From NCBI GenBank assembly GCA_964016885.1, contig OZ024753.1, positions 248,001 to 312,000 of the forward strand: a stretch of DNA of 64,000 nucleotides, written 5' to 3'. The stretch's first letter is position 1, and every line of letters starts with the position of its first letter. The notes under the pieces are model-generated. The model worked only from the letters and a program-made list of their open reading frames with translations, did no database searches and was not told the DNA's origin. This document shows, in pieces, positions 51,656-64,000 of the stretch. This DNA is from Eledone cirrhosa. Taxonomy: Eukaryota. The position numbers were made by a program, and so were the translations under genes.

Positions 51656-53089
51656 CAACACCGCGTATGGATACACACACACGCTTACGAAATAGTCCAG
51701 CGGAAGAGAAAGTATAAAAGCTAAAAAATGTTGATAAAAGTTTTTAATTGGCAAATATAATAAGGAAAATTAAAATTTATGAGTCAATGTTCTAAGAGAC
51801 TATGAGTGTGATTATGAATATAATAGGCTTACATTCTCTCTCATTCACTCTTTATTTATCCCCTCCTACTCTTATCTCATTTTCTTACTTTATCTAGTCC
51901 TCTCTCTCTCCCTCTTCTTGTCTCTCTCTTTCGCACACACTTTTTTTTTTTTTAATTTACTTGAATTAAAACTTACTCATTAATAAAACTCTGATGGTCC
52001 TCTCACTTTCACAATATTTACCGCCCCCACCAATTCTGTCCCTCTCGATCTCAGCTGTGTGTACTCTCTCCTTATCTTATTTACAACCACCCTACCACAA
52101 CTCTTATTTATCGGTTACTTTATTCCACTACATTATCAGTCTCTCTCTCTCTCATTACCTTTCTCTCCTTTATTCATACATATTTAAAAAAAAAAAACAA
52201 CATATACTTGCTTTCACCCCGCCTCTCTCTCAGAGAGAGAGAATCATAATGGGACAAGAACAAAGTATAAATACTAATAGCAGTCCGTAGATAGTGAACA
52301 GACCTGTCAACTCTCCCCGTCTGACGGAGAGATTTACAATAGAGTTTAGGGTGGGCGAGAGATGTCTTCTCTTGTGAAAATGCGTATAGCTTTCATTATG
52401 TAAAATCTCCCTATTTTGCCTCATTTCCTTTTTTCATGGTACTCCCCGTTTAGTTTTTTTTTAGAGGTTGGCAGGTCTGACAGACAGATAGACACATAGG
52501 TAGGGGAAACAATCATAATTTAGTGGATATGTGTTTGATATTGATCTCAGAAAATATGGAAGAAAATTATTGTAATTGATTTTGTGGTGTCTTGTTTATT
52601 CCCTTAAATTATATGCGTAGGTAATTGAACAAGACACATTAAATTACGAATTTCTATTTCGACATAATGAAGTACAATAAACTGTTGAACGGTAGAACTG
52701 TTGAACTGAAGCGAGGGTGGAACCATTGTGCTTGGATGTGCTTAAACACAGGGCCCCGTTGACCAGGGAAGAGGGACATCTTCCTGCCAAAATAATTTGT
52801 TACGAATGAATTTTTCAAATGTAAGGGGGCTTCATAACTCAACTAGTACAGGACCTCATTTGTCTTAAATCCGGCAATATAACAATAATAACACTGAATG
52901 TAATTCCGTAGTGATAGAAAGAATTGTGTACTCTTCAAACCGTCAGAGATTTCAAAATGTACTTCGAACCTATTGAACAAAATTATGTACCCCTGTTTAA
53001 TATATTGGCAACAAAACACGAGCGCACTTAAAACACGTGATTGTGTTATGATTGGCTGTCCTTAAATAATTAAACAATTACACAGCACT

Positions 53090-53325
53090 TTTTAGATAAT
53101 ACTCAATACGAGTTCAATGCGCGTCAGATCACTGGAATGGCTCTTCCAGCGCGTCTCCCTCACTATTTCCGGGGAAACGCCTTCTCTATTCTGTCCGCCA
53201 GGGCCACGGGGCGGCCAGCGCGTGGGTCCCCATTTGCTCACAATAGTGAGAGAGACGGTGGCAGTGACAGTTTGGTTCCTTTGTGTTGGGACCTGGTGTA
53301 TATGTATATGTTTCACGGACATACA
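53090..53325 (+). mobile_element. CRE-like 3' terminal fragment
   Basis: LEWLFQRVSLTI..GNA plus the shared 3'UTR; a more diverged piece lies at about 3430-3545 (AWLFQRLSLSI). Confidence 0.65.
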
Positions 53326-53397
53326 CTCATGACGGTATGTCCGTTTATATCATAACATCATACATGTTGCCTTCACCCCAACTTCTGTCATTTAAAT

Positions 53398-53710
53398 CAG
53401 TGGTCTCTAACCTTTTTTATACCACGGACCGGCTCCATGTCGGACAATCTTTCCGCGGACCGGTAGTTGCACATATGTCTTATTTAAGTACATTTCGATG
53501 AAGAGAGCAATAACAAAAAGACTAATTTATTAAAGGGAAGAAAAAGTGGATCATCTTTTGACTCTCGTGTAAATCTTAAATCTCAAATTAAGTCCAATAT
53601 TCAATTTATCTATTATAAAATTTTAAACATGTTAATTATTTCTTTGCGGCCCGGTAACAAATGATCCACGGACCTGTACCGGTCCGCGACCTGGTGGTTG
53701 GGGACCTCTG
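53398..53710. mobile_element. hAT (Charlie-like) MITE
   Basis: Imperfect TIRs CAGTGGTCTCTAACC / CAGAGGTCCCCAACC with a perfect 8-bp TSD ATTTAAAT. Confidence 0.85.
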
Positions 53711-54619
53711 ATTTAAATTATTGTAAAATGAACTACAACGATGGTCGGAGTGGCAAGAGGGAGGTCATGGAAAATCGAGGTATCAACCATCTTTACATGG
53801 AATGTTGTAATCAAGGAATTAAGTCAAATATTTTAATTTTGAGTAACTTCCTTCGTATTCCCCTCGCGTACGTTCCGTCATTTAGTTGGGTGTAAAACAA
53901 TTGATTAAGTAACCGATGATCCATCATTAGGGTGGATTAATCATTAAACGAAATAACTACACACTTAGAGCTTAGAGGGAAGAGGGATGGATCCTATTTT
54001 ATTCAAATTAAATGTATTTGTCATACAAAAACAACAAAAAACTTGTAGACTTTAAACTTGTTGATGGGACACCAAAATTTTTTAAGCGGTTAGAACGTCA
54101 AAAGTACTTAATTTCGGCCTGTCTGTCAAAAATGTGCCATGGCGAACTCATTAAAGATAATTGTTTCTATTTTAGGCACAAGGCCAGCAATTACCCAGTA
54201 CATTACTGGTACTTTGTTTTATCGACACCGTAAGGATGAAAGGCAAAGTTAACCTCGGCAGGATTTGAACTCAGATCGTAAAGGGACGTAACTATGATAA
54301 TGATTTCTGATTTAGGCACATGGTTAAGAATTTTGATTAAATCCACCCCAGTGCATTACTGGTACTTTATTTTATCGAACCCGTAAGGATGAAATGCAAA
54401 GTTAACCTCGGCTCGCATAATCACCGTTTCAATACTCGAGACATTGACTTGCTCGTGTGCGCCAACATTTAACTGCAATTGGATAGGCATATTCTTCTCA
54501 CATACCTTTGTGTATTTCCAGCTTAAGGATATTTCACCTATAGCACTGAGTTCGATGCAATTAGTCATACACTGAGTTAGATATAATCAGCCATAGCACT
54601 GAGTTCAATATGCCTCGAG

Positions 54620-55936
54620 TCACCGATCCACCCGCCGGCCATCCGCTCCACCATTAGGTCCAGGTTTCAACAGCTCCAGACTCTCACGAGCCGACTGGGC
54701 TTGATTGACGGCCACCCAGCTCTCTTTCTGCTGAGGAACTGCTTCGCCATGCCGAAGCTCCTCTATACACTCCGCAGCGCTCCATGCTACACCCAGACAT
54801 CTCTCCTCGTTGACCTCGATACTTGTATCCGAGCAGCAGCCGAGGGCATATGCAACGTCAAGTTTGATGACATAGGGTGGCAACAGGCCACTTTACCGGT
54901 CAGGTATGGCGGCCTAGGCCTCCGGTCCCCGATCTCACTAGCTTTGCCGGCAACCTCGTCAGCAGGATTCTTCAAAACACAACAGAACCCTCTGTGTTCA
55001 GAGAACGCGTGGCCGCCTGTGAGACGTGGGACCGGCTGGGACTTAGCCCAGTAGACGTCCCTCCCCCTTCTCCCCTTGTTGACGTCAAGTCGCCCCAACA
55101 CACTTGGGATGCCATCCAGTGCAGCCTGGCCTCAGACAGGCTCACGCGCCAGCTCGACCAGCACGCCCTTGCTTGTTTTCGTGCGGCCTCCAAACCCCAC
55201 AGTGGTGCCTGGCTCCATACTCTGTCATCCTTCTCCACTGGCACGCAGCTAGACAACCATAGCCTGCGAATCGGCGTTTCCCTGAGGCTCGGCCACACCA
55301 ATGTCGCTGCGGTTCCACCGTGGACTCTTTCAGCCTCCACCCGCTTTCCTGTCGCCACAGTACCGGCCGCATTCCACGCCATACTGCCCTCAACGAGGTC
55401 ATTAAGCATGGCTTGGACGCTGCAGGCTTCCCTTCCCAGCTCGAGCCGGTGGAGCTGGATCGAGGGGACGGCAAAAGGCCAGATGGCATGACCATCTTCC
55501 CGTTCCGCGGTGGCAAACCTCTCGTCTGGGATGCCACTTGCACCGACACTTTCTGCAGTCGCAACCTGGTGCAGTCTGCGACTGACCCAGGTTCTGCTGC
55601 ACGTCGGGCTGAGGAGGCCAAACTCCTCAAATACCGGTCGCTCTCTGACAGGTTTGCTGTCGTTCCCCTGGCAGTGGAAACTTCTGGTGTCCTCGGCCCC
55701 AGGGCTACCTCTTTACTCACCACCATAGGCGCTGAGCTGGCCAGCCGCAGGTGTGAGCCCCGCGAGTTGGAGTGGCTTTTCCAGCGCGTCTACCTTGCCG
55801 TGCTCCGGGGAAACGCCTTCTTCATTTTGTCCGCCGGGGCTGTGGGTGGGCCCCATCGCGTACCAATACATTAGTTAAATACCATTCTTTCATCTGATAC
55901 AACACAATCAAGATTTTTATACCATAAAAAAAAAAA
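54620..55936 (+). mobile_element. CRE-like non-LTR retrotransposon 3' half (post-RT region, Zn knuckle, restriction-like endonuclease), frameshifted, with poly(A)
   Basis: LPVRYGGLG, HSGAWL, H.LSC..., RH..LN, KRPDG...WDATC, AEEAKLLKY, PLAVETSG, LFQRV.LA..RGNA; A-run at about 55925-55936; GC-rich island. Confidence 0.85.
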
Positions 55937-56434
55937 TACCTGAAGATAAAGTATTTGCCGCCTTAATTTAATCAATACTACTTCCTCTCGGCTATTTTGC
56001 TTCGACACACAACTCATCCTTGTGTAGTTAACTGACTTCTCATGTTACATATGATCAGTTATAGCACTGAATTGGATATGATCAGTCGTAGCCTTCTCCA
56101 AAATATTTGGCTTCAATTCTATATTAGAAATCAATATAAGATGCTATAAAGTTTATTAATGTCCTCCTTGTATCTTTAGTGACCTCGCAGTTCAGTTATA
56201 CTATCTACGAACTATTTTTAAAGATAAAATATAATAGCAATAATTTTATTACTTCCATTTATTTTTATGACTTCCTGTTTTTGTGTGTGTGTGTGTGTGG
56301 GTTATCAAACAGGAAGGGGTTTATTGTGTCAGCACTACTGCACGTAGATGACTTTTGTTTTGGTATAGCCGGGCGGTGAAGAAGTTCGATTAGCAACCAA
56401 TTATGTAGTTCCAGGATAGATCACAATGTGTGGC

Positions 56435-56540
<106 letters not shown>

Positions 56541-56679
56541 TACTTCGTTTTTGAATTTGTTTTGCAAGAGTTCTTATCTGAAAACCTGTGTTGAAACAGA
56601 TATTGTTATACTCTGGGAGGGTCATGCTGCTAATAAAAACACAGGCACTTGTTGGTTTTCACTTCAATTTATCATATAT

Positions 56680-57660
56680 TCAGGTGCACATAGATATTTT
56701 CAAAATAGAGGTACATATAGACATTTTCAGGCTAGAGGTACATAGAGATATTTTCAGGCAAGAGGTACATACAGATATTTTCAAAATAGAGGTACATATA
56801 GATTTTTCAGACAAGAGGTACATATAGATATTTTCAGGCTGGGGTACATATAGATATTTTCAGGCTGAGGTACATGTAGACATTTTCAGGCTGAGGTACA
56901 TGTAGACATTTTCAGGCTGAGGTACATATAGACATTTTCAGGCAAGAGGTATATATAGATATTTTCAGGCAAGAGGTACATACAGATATTTTCAAAATAG
57001 AGGTACATATAGATATTTTCAGGCTGAGGTACATAGAGATATTTTCAGGCCGAGGCACATAGAGATATTTTCAGGCAAGAGGTACATATAGATATTTTCA
57101 GGCTGAGGTACATGTAGATATTTTCAAAATAGAGGTACATATAGACATTTTCAAAATAAAGGTACATATAGATATTTTCAGACAAGAGGTATATATAGAT
57201 ATTTTCAGACAAGAGGTACATATAGATATTTTCAAAATAGAGGTACATATAGATCTTTCAGACAAGAGGTACATATAGATATTTTCAGGCTGAGGTACAT
57301 ATAGATATTTTCAGGCTGAGGTACATGTAGATATTTTTAGACAAGAGGTACATATAGACATTTTCAGGCTGAGGTACATATAGATATTTTCAGACAAGAG
57401 GTACATAATGACATTTTCAGGCTGAAGTACATATAGATATTTTCAGGCTGAGGTACATACAGACATTTTCAGGCTGAGGTACATATAGATATTTTCAGAC
57501 AAGAGGTACATATAGACATTTTCAGGCTGAGGTACATATAGATATTTTCAGGCTGAGGTACATATAGATATTTTCAGGCAAGAGGTACATATAGATATTT
57601 TCAGGCTGAGGTACATATAGATATTTTCAGGCAATAGGTACATATAGATATTTTCAAGAT
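56680..57660. repeat. Minisatellite, about 37 units of 26-27 bp, GAGGTACATATAGATATTTTCA(GGCT/GGCAA/GACAA/AAATA)
   Basis: Directly visible tandem array. Confidence 0.95.
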
Positions 57661-58637
57661 AGAAACTAATGCAGTAGAGACAGAAATTTATGGCTCAATG
57701 ATGGAATGTAGGTTGAGAGTATTAGAACAAGATAATGAATCCACCAATTAGGATAGGGGATCTAGGAGTGCCAAATAACGTAAAACAATTAACCTAGTGC
57801 TATAAATATAATAATAATGGCTGATTGAGCAGACATATGACAAAAGATATTCCAGTTTTGACCATCCGCTCTTTTGTATACCTAGGACTATATTATAGAA
57901 TATATTCTTACTTTTATCAGAAGGTAAGTTGTGATTTCAGAGAAATTCGGTTACTATTTCTAGAAGATCGAGAGACCACGTAGAGACTGTCTTCGTTAAC
58001 TCGAAAAATTTGTATATAGCTTTATTAAATCATCCCAGGCTTTCGGACACCATGTCTCATGCAAGAAATTGTAATATTACAATACAATTATAACATAAAA
58101 CAACGCTCTTATTGATAGGTTTAATGGATAAACAATATATTTCGTTAGATTTATTCTTAAAATATTACTTTGGAGTAGAAATAGTTCTCTATATTATTTT
58201 CTAGTTAAAACCACAATTCTCTATATCACTTTCTAGTTAAAACCACAATTCTCTATATCACTTTCTAGTTAAAACTATTAGAAATAGTTCTCTACATTTG
58301 ATTATACTGATATTAAATGTTCTTTCGATTATCTTTTCATTTTTTTTTTTTAGTTTTTTGACAGGATAAGGAGTTGATGTTCTTGGGTCATAGATGTTAT
58401 CCGTCACCCAATTTAACACCACCACCTGTCCTTTAGTCCACTCTGTTGCAAGAATTAGGACCAGAACACACACCGGAAGAATACCTATATGTCATGTGAT
58501 TTCTTCAGTTTCTGCCCACTAGTTTCGGGGGCTTTGCAAAATAATCATAGGCATTGCTCTTCCTCCTCAGGCCCAGTCGTCCAAAAAATAAGATAATCGT
58601 GAATGAAATAAGTTATCTTACACAATGACTAGGAAAT

Positions 58638-58945
58638 CAGACCTGCCAACCTCTAAAAACCTAAACGAGGAGTACCATGAAAAAAAGCGCCCCAAAACGG
58701 GGAGGAATGAGGCAAAATGGAGAGATTTTACATAATGAAAGCTATACCCATTTTCACAAGAGAAGACATCTCTCCGACGGGGAGATCTCCCACCCACTTT
58801 GGAATGGGTAAGAGATGTCTTCGCTTATGAAAATGGGGATAGCTTTCATTACGTAAAATACCCCATTTTGCCTCATTTCTCCCCGTTTTGGGGCACTTTT
58901 TTTCATGGTACTCTCCGTTTAGGTTTTTAGAGGTTGGCAGGTCTA
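58638..58945. mobile_element. Fold-back MITE (CAGACCTGCCAACC termini, ~130-bp arms); relatives at 52299-52479 and 60342-60465
   Basis: Left and right halves are reverse complements; probably hAT/Tip100-like, superfamily uncertain. Confidence 0.7.
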
Positions 58946-59754
58946 CATTAATAGAATAACTAAAACACTCATCCTCGAAACCAAAGATCATCGTGTGTTG
59001 AATTTTGACAAAGTATTTGTGCTTCGACCCTTGGATGTCATACCACATTGAGATATGTTGCCTTCTCCAGTTGGACTTAAAGCCCGATAATTTTAATATA
59101 GGGTGATGATATGGTTGACAGAGTGGCTAGAGCATTGGATAAAATCTTTCGAAGTATTTGTTCCCGCACTTTATGTTCAGAGTTCAAATCTCGCTGAGGT
59201 CAACTTTGTCTTTCGTCTTTGCAGCATCGATAAAATATAGTATCAGTAAAGCACTGATTCGATTGAATCGACTCCCCCAACCACCCATCCACCCACAAAT
59301 TTTAAAGAAAAAGAATGGGCGCTGATATTTTTACTTGTTTTCTAAGTACATTTGCTATGTAAGTGAAATGAAACAGTTATGACGTGGTAATCGGAACTGA
59401 ATCGTGGACAGACTTTATTAGACATATCTCATATCATCAATCTGTAGCAGAGATTGAAGTTAACCTTTAAAATGAGAAATTATAATTAAAACGATAATCT
59501 CAATTTCATCAGCAGAGAAAATAGAATCAAATAGAAGTCTGTATTTTCGGGTTAAGGCGGCGAATTGGTTGGATAGAATGCTTTATGGCATTCATTCTGT
59601 CTCTCTGCTGTCTGAGTCCAAATCTCGCCGATGTCAACTTTGCCTTTCATCCTTTTGAGGTGGATAAAACAAAAGTTATCTTTACCTTTACAACTCGAAA
59701 TAAGAAAACAAAAATATCTCCTTAGATTCACTGGATTTATTGCGCATGCTCCGT

Positions 59755-59803
<49 letters not shown>

Positions 59804-60165
59804 TTGGGGGGGGGGGATGCTCCCTTCGGGTATTATTCCACAAAAAAGTTTTTTTGTGGAGTAATAGTTACGCATTCATGCCAGTCTTCACTCTCGATGT
59901 TGTCCAAAAGTCGATAGAGTTTGGCACCAGAGACGTCGCAACTCATTTTTACTAGATAAGTGGATTGGCTGTAACGGGAAACAAATTGTCTTTCTCAAGG
60001 GCACATCGCGCCACTCAGTTCACAAATCGTGTTCATAAGCCCATGATTGTGAGCCCAACAAACTAACTACTAAACGGATTTAATTACATTCACAAGAAAA
60101 TGTACCAAATTTAGAGAGGCAATAAATGATATGATCAATCATTCATAAAAAAATTTAGGCGTAAC

Positions 60166-60489
60166 CAGTTTCGGATTTAGAACAAATGAGGCCCTGTGCT
60201 AGTTAAGTTATGGGGCCCCTTACTTAGGCCCTGAAGGAGGTAAAATATGTTTGGCAGGAAGATGGGGCCCCTGACCAACGGGGCCCTGTGCTTCTTCTTA
60301 TCGTGACCAAAATAAGTTCGCTTACACAACGACTAGGATATCAGACCTGCCAACCTTTGAAAACTCAAACGGGGAGTACCATGAAAAAAAAAGTGCTCTA
60401 AAACGGGGAGAAATGAGGCAATATGGGGAGATTTTACATAATGAAAACTATACAAATCTTCAAAAGCACAATGTTAAATCCGGCACTGA
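60166..60489. mobile_element. Non-autonomous DNA element with CAGT(G)CCGGATTTA-like termini; related piece at about 52700-52875
   Basis: cagtttcggattta...taaatccggcactg; gggcccc-rich interior; contains half of a fold-back MITE. Confidence 0.5.
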
Positions 60490-60573
60490 GTATTGAGTCT
60501 GCAGCTATCTCTCTGCTTTCCCTTACTTTTGCTATGTAAATTTTTTTTTATTGTAATTATTCAGAAATATTGA

Positions 60574-60788
60574 TTTCTTATATAGGCACAAGGCCAGCAA
60601 TTTTGGGGGAGGGGAAAGTCGATTAAATCGACCCCAGTGCGTGACTGACACTTTTATTTTATCGACCCCGTAAGGATGAAAGGCAAAGTTAACCTCGGCG
60701 GGATTTGAACTCAGATCATAAAGGGCCGTAACTCTATGCTGCAAAGCATGGCGTCCGACCTTCTACCGACACTGCCAACCCACCGCCC
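60574..60788 (-). mobile_element. Second tRNA-derived SINE family, full copy with target-site duplication
   Basis: B box gagttcaaatcc; body aactttgcctttcatccttacggggtcgataaaat; flanking direct repeat ATTATTCAGAAATATTGA (60556-60573 and 60789-60806). Related copies at about 3815-3995, 10070-10245, 13490-13710, 37790-37970, 54160-54415, 59110-59270 and 59553-59670. Confidence 0.85.
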
Positions 60789-61909
60789 ATTATTCAGAAA
60801 TATTGAAAGGATAAGTGAAACGCATCTAACTTTATAAAGCAATAATACAATAAATCCCCCTGACAAACAAACGAAAACAATAATAAATGATATGCTACTC
60901 ACCTTGATTGTTTTTCTTTTAACAAAAAAAAGTCACGAGTTAGCGTCAGCAAAGACAACAGCAATAGTTGAATTGTATTTTGTAAACCATGTTGAAAGAG
61001 GTGCAAAAGGAAACAACACGCGAATATACTTAGGTGAATGCATAAATTAATAACTAATTAAATAATTGAATAAACAAATAGATAAATAAATAAATATATA
61101 TATTTACATGTGTGTGACTAGATATGTGACTGCCTCAAACATTCATTTTGGTATCGGCTATACTGCGGCTACAACTTCGATTTAAATGTATTATTATTAT
61201 ATATATATAATATATATATTATATATAGATATATATATAGATACACAGTTAGATATATGTGTATGTATGTGTGTGACTAGATATAGAAATATATACACAC
61301 ATGTATATAGTTAGATATAGATTTATAGATGTTCGTTACGATCTGATTCGAACTAAGATATTTTGTATACTCGTGAGCCGGCTAGTTGCTTTCTTTTATA
61401 TATAAGTATATCTTCTATTTATAGTACCTGATGAAATTTCATGTTGTCTGATATACATGTTAAGGCGGTCACAAAGTAAAAAAATTATGTCAACGCTTGT
61501 GTTTACATTTTTCTTCTTTCTTCTGTAATTCTGTTATATTTTCTTGTGTGAGAGATGTAACAAGCTGATAAGATAATAAACTTGTCCTCCGACCCGAGCC
61601 GAACTATCAACAGTTCGGATCTAGTCAACAGCGTTGTCCTCTTGTCCATGTCTAAATACATTTAGTTATGTGGGAGCTATATTAGAACCGAAAGGGGATC
61701 TCTAAATAATCAACCGGCTGCAAGAAACAGCAGTGAATTTCATTGAAAAATCGTATCTAAGCGTCCTAAATATGAGACATATTAACTTATATATAACCCT
61801 ATACTGAAGTGAAAGTAAAATCAGAAATGTTTTAATTAGACAATTGTGATTAAAGAACTAAATATTTAGTTAACTGCAAATATGAAACTAATTTACGGGA
61901 AAATGTATA

Positions 61910-62138
61910 TCTATATTATCTATATCTACATATAATATAAAAGAAAAGTGTTTATTGGTTGAATCACATGAAAACTACAGAGACCCCACACACACAAATA
62001 CATACACACACACCTAAAGAGAGACAGAGGGATAGGCAGAAAGAGAGAGATAGGCCGTTATACAGAGAGAGATACAATTAAAGTCTTAGATATTCAGAGA
62101 GAGGGAGAGAGAGAGAGAGAGAGAGTGAGAGAGAGAGA

Positions 62139-62197
<59 letters not shown>

Positions 62198-62565
62198 ACG
62201 TCCCACGAAAGTCTATAAACGGCTTAAACTATAGATCCTTTGATCTATAGGAAGGTTTAACAATATTGCGTTAGCTTTTATAAAGTCTTGGATTTCACAG
62301 GACAAAGAAAATATTGATACTATTTGAAATTAATCTATCCTCCAGCTTTTATCCATATACTACTTACAGACCATACTAATGAAGCAACACTTCAGAAGCA
62401 ATGTTATGCGATATATTGCTGTATTTCAGATGACATCCTTTGGAGCTGACAAAGATCATACTGACTATGGTTATTTGACAACATTTAAAATCCAAGGCCA
62501 ATGCTACCATTTAATTGGCAGTTTACTCCCCCAGACTAATAAGGAAGTTTTATGATTGTTTTTTT

Positions 62566-62637
<72 letters not shown>

Positions 62638-62741
62638 TTACGGTCTCACCTCATAACCAGACAACATCCAATACAGTCGTTTTCTCTTTTATCCGTCTTC
62701 TCTTAACTGTTCTCCCGGGCGAAGCCGGGTACCTCAGCTAG
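61910..62741 (+). mobile_element. Non-autonomous Helitron-like element carrying (GA)n and (TC)n(CA)n tracts
   Basis: 5' A|TCTATATT...ATATAAAA; 3' hairpin CCCGG-GCGAAG-CCGGG (62714-62729) then CTAG|T; no TSD. Confidence 0.6.
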
Positions 62742-62881
<140 letters not shown>

Positions 62882-63083
62882 TAGGTAATTCCGAGGGAAA
62901 AGCAAAGGAAAAAAAGAGTGCTCTATGTATAGAACAGAGCTATTTAATTAGAAAGTGAACAACACAAAATATAACTACTCCAGACAGAGATTCTCTGTCT
63001 GATGACCGATCCAGGCGTATATTAATATTGTTTGGGATCCAGAAACCTTTCGTAATGGAGTAGATATATTTTGTGTTGTTCAC

Positions 63084-63121
<38 letters not shown>

Positions 63122-63324
63122 AGGGGGTGTAGCTAGGAGTTACTGCAGGTTCACCCGTGAGAGCACTCGATGTTTAGGTTCACTTCTGTGATGAGGTGTA
63201 GAGCTGCGATTATTGAGTCGGGTAGCATCGATACACATCGAACCTTGAGCTGATCAGTGGCGAAACGCGCGTCACCTATCAATAAATGCAATGAGGGAGT
63301 AATCAATCGTCCTTGTTATCCTTT

Positions 63325-63378
<54 letters not shown>

Positions 63379-63528
63379 GAGTGCATGTGTGTATATATAT
63401 ATACATACTACTGTACGTCTGTATACATATATGTATATACGTGTATATACTTATATTTAAGTAACAGCCGTACTAAGAGTGGGAAATGAAATTTCGTTTC
63501 ATTTTTTCCGTTTATATATATATATATA

Positions 63529-63918
63529 TGTCAACTGTGGATGTCGGTGAGCATGTCCAGCTAACCTCAGTCACCCTCTTCCAGTGTGTCCATGTCCAGC
63601 TAACCTCAGTCACCCCTCTGTCACTTTTGAGCTGACTTTTGGGAGGCTCTCATACAGCTCTCAGTTTCTCATCCTCAGTGTATACTGATTAATGTTCAGG
63701 GCCATCCTCAGCATTCTCGTGTTGACATTGCACTCAGTGCTCCCGTGGGAGCCCCTACATGGACACACTGGAAGAGGAAGACCAAGGTTAACGTATGTTG
63801 ATGCCCTAAGGACAGACACTGGTCTGTTGGAGACGCAGGACATGGCAGCGATAATGAGGGACAGAGACCGCTGGAGAGAACTCGTCCATGGATCTCGGGA
63901 ATTTTACCCGCCTTAGAT
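63529..63918. mobile_element. 5'-inverted RTE-group LINE 3' fragment inserted in (TA)n
   Basis: Minus: TRMLRMALNIN...ELYESLPKVS...LRLAGHAHRHPQLT; plus: LTLHSVLPWEPLHG..GRGRPRLTYVD...RDRDRWRELV. Confidence 0.75.
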
Positions 63919-63924
63919 TATATA

Positions 63925-63974
<50 letters not shown>

Positions 63975-64000
63975 CATATACATATATATACATATATATA

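Noticed and set aside
45016-53039. Myc-type CACGTG E-boxes (45016, 45925, 49711, 53034) by analogy to mammalian ODC intron 1
   Set aside because: Scattered, far from the TSS and not clearly above chance; no conservation data.
56680-57660. CRISPR-like array
   Set aside because: Variable parts are only 4-5 nt and recur; eukaryotic context; no cas genes. It is a minisatellite.

Overview
AT-rich, repeat-dense eukaryotic (animal) genomic DNA; the SINE, LINE and microsatellite landscape looks like a coleoid cephalopod (octopus-like), but the species cannot be fixed from sequence alone. The one host gene is a minus-strand ornithine decarboxylase (ODC). I assembled ten GT-AG coding exons (30073 to 15686) into a 460-aa protein that keeps the PFYAVKCN PLP-lysine and WGPTCDG catalytic cysteine motifs. 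The main finding is in its 5' leader. A TATA/Inr promoter near 51650-51620 and two leader exons (about 51622-51445 and 36411-36277, split by a 15-kb intron) encode a spliced, AUU-initiated 49-codon upstream ORF, IPGKNSKENGCGASVQ|GGCSGLYYIENPEGFCRFKRKFNFNAEPPWDPS*. This has the signature of the polyamine-sensing uCC/PPW stalling peptide known from AZIN1/ODC homologs, and AUG-based annotation would miss it. A tiny AUG uORF (MLYMC*) lies just upstream of it. The rest of the window is transposon-derived: an internally deleted piggyBac plus about 14 cognate MITEs, CR1, RTE and CRE LINE fragments, two tRNA-derived SINE families, hAT and Tc1 MITEs, a non-autonomous Helitron, a 26/27-bp minisatellite and a 136-bp inverted duplication.
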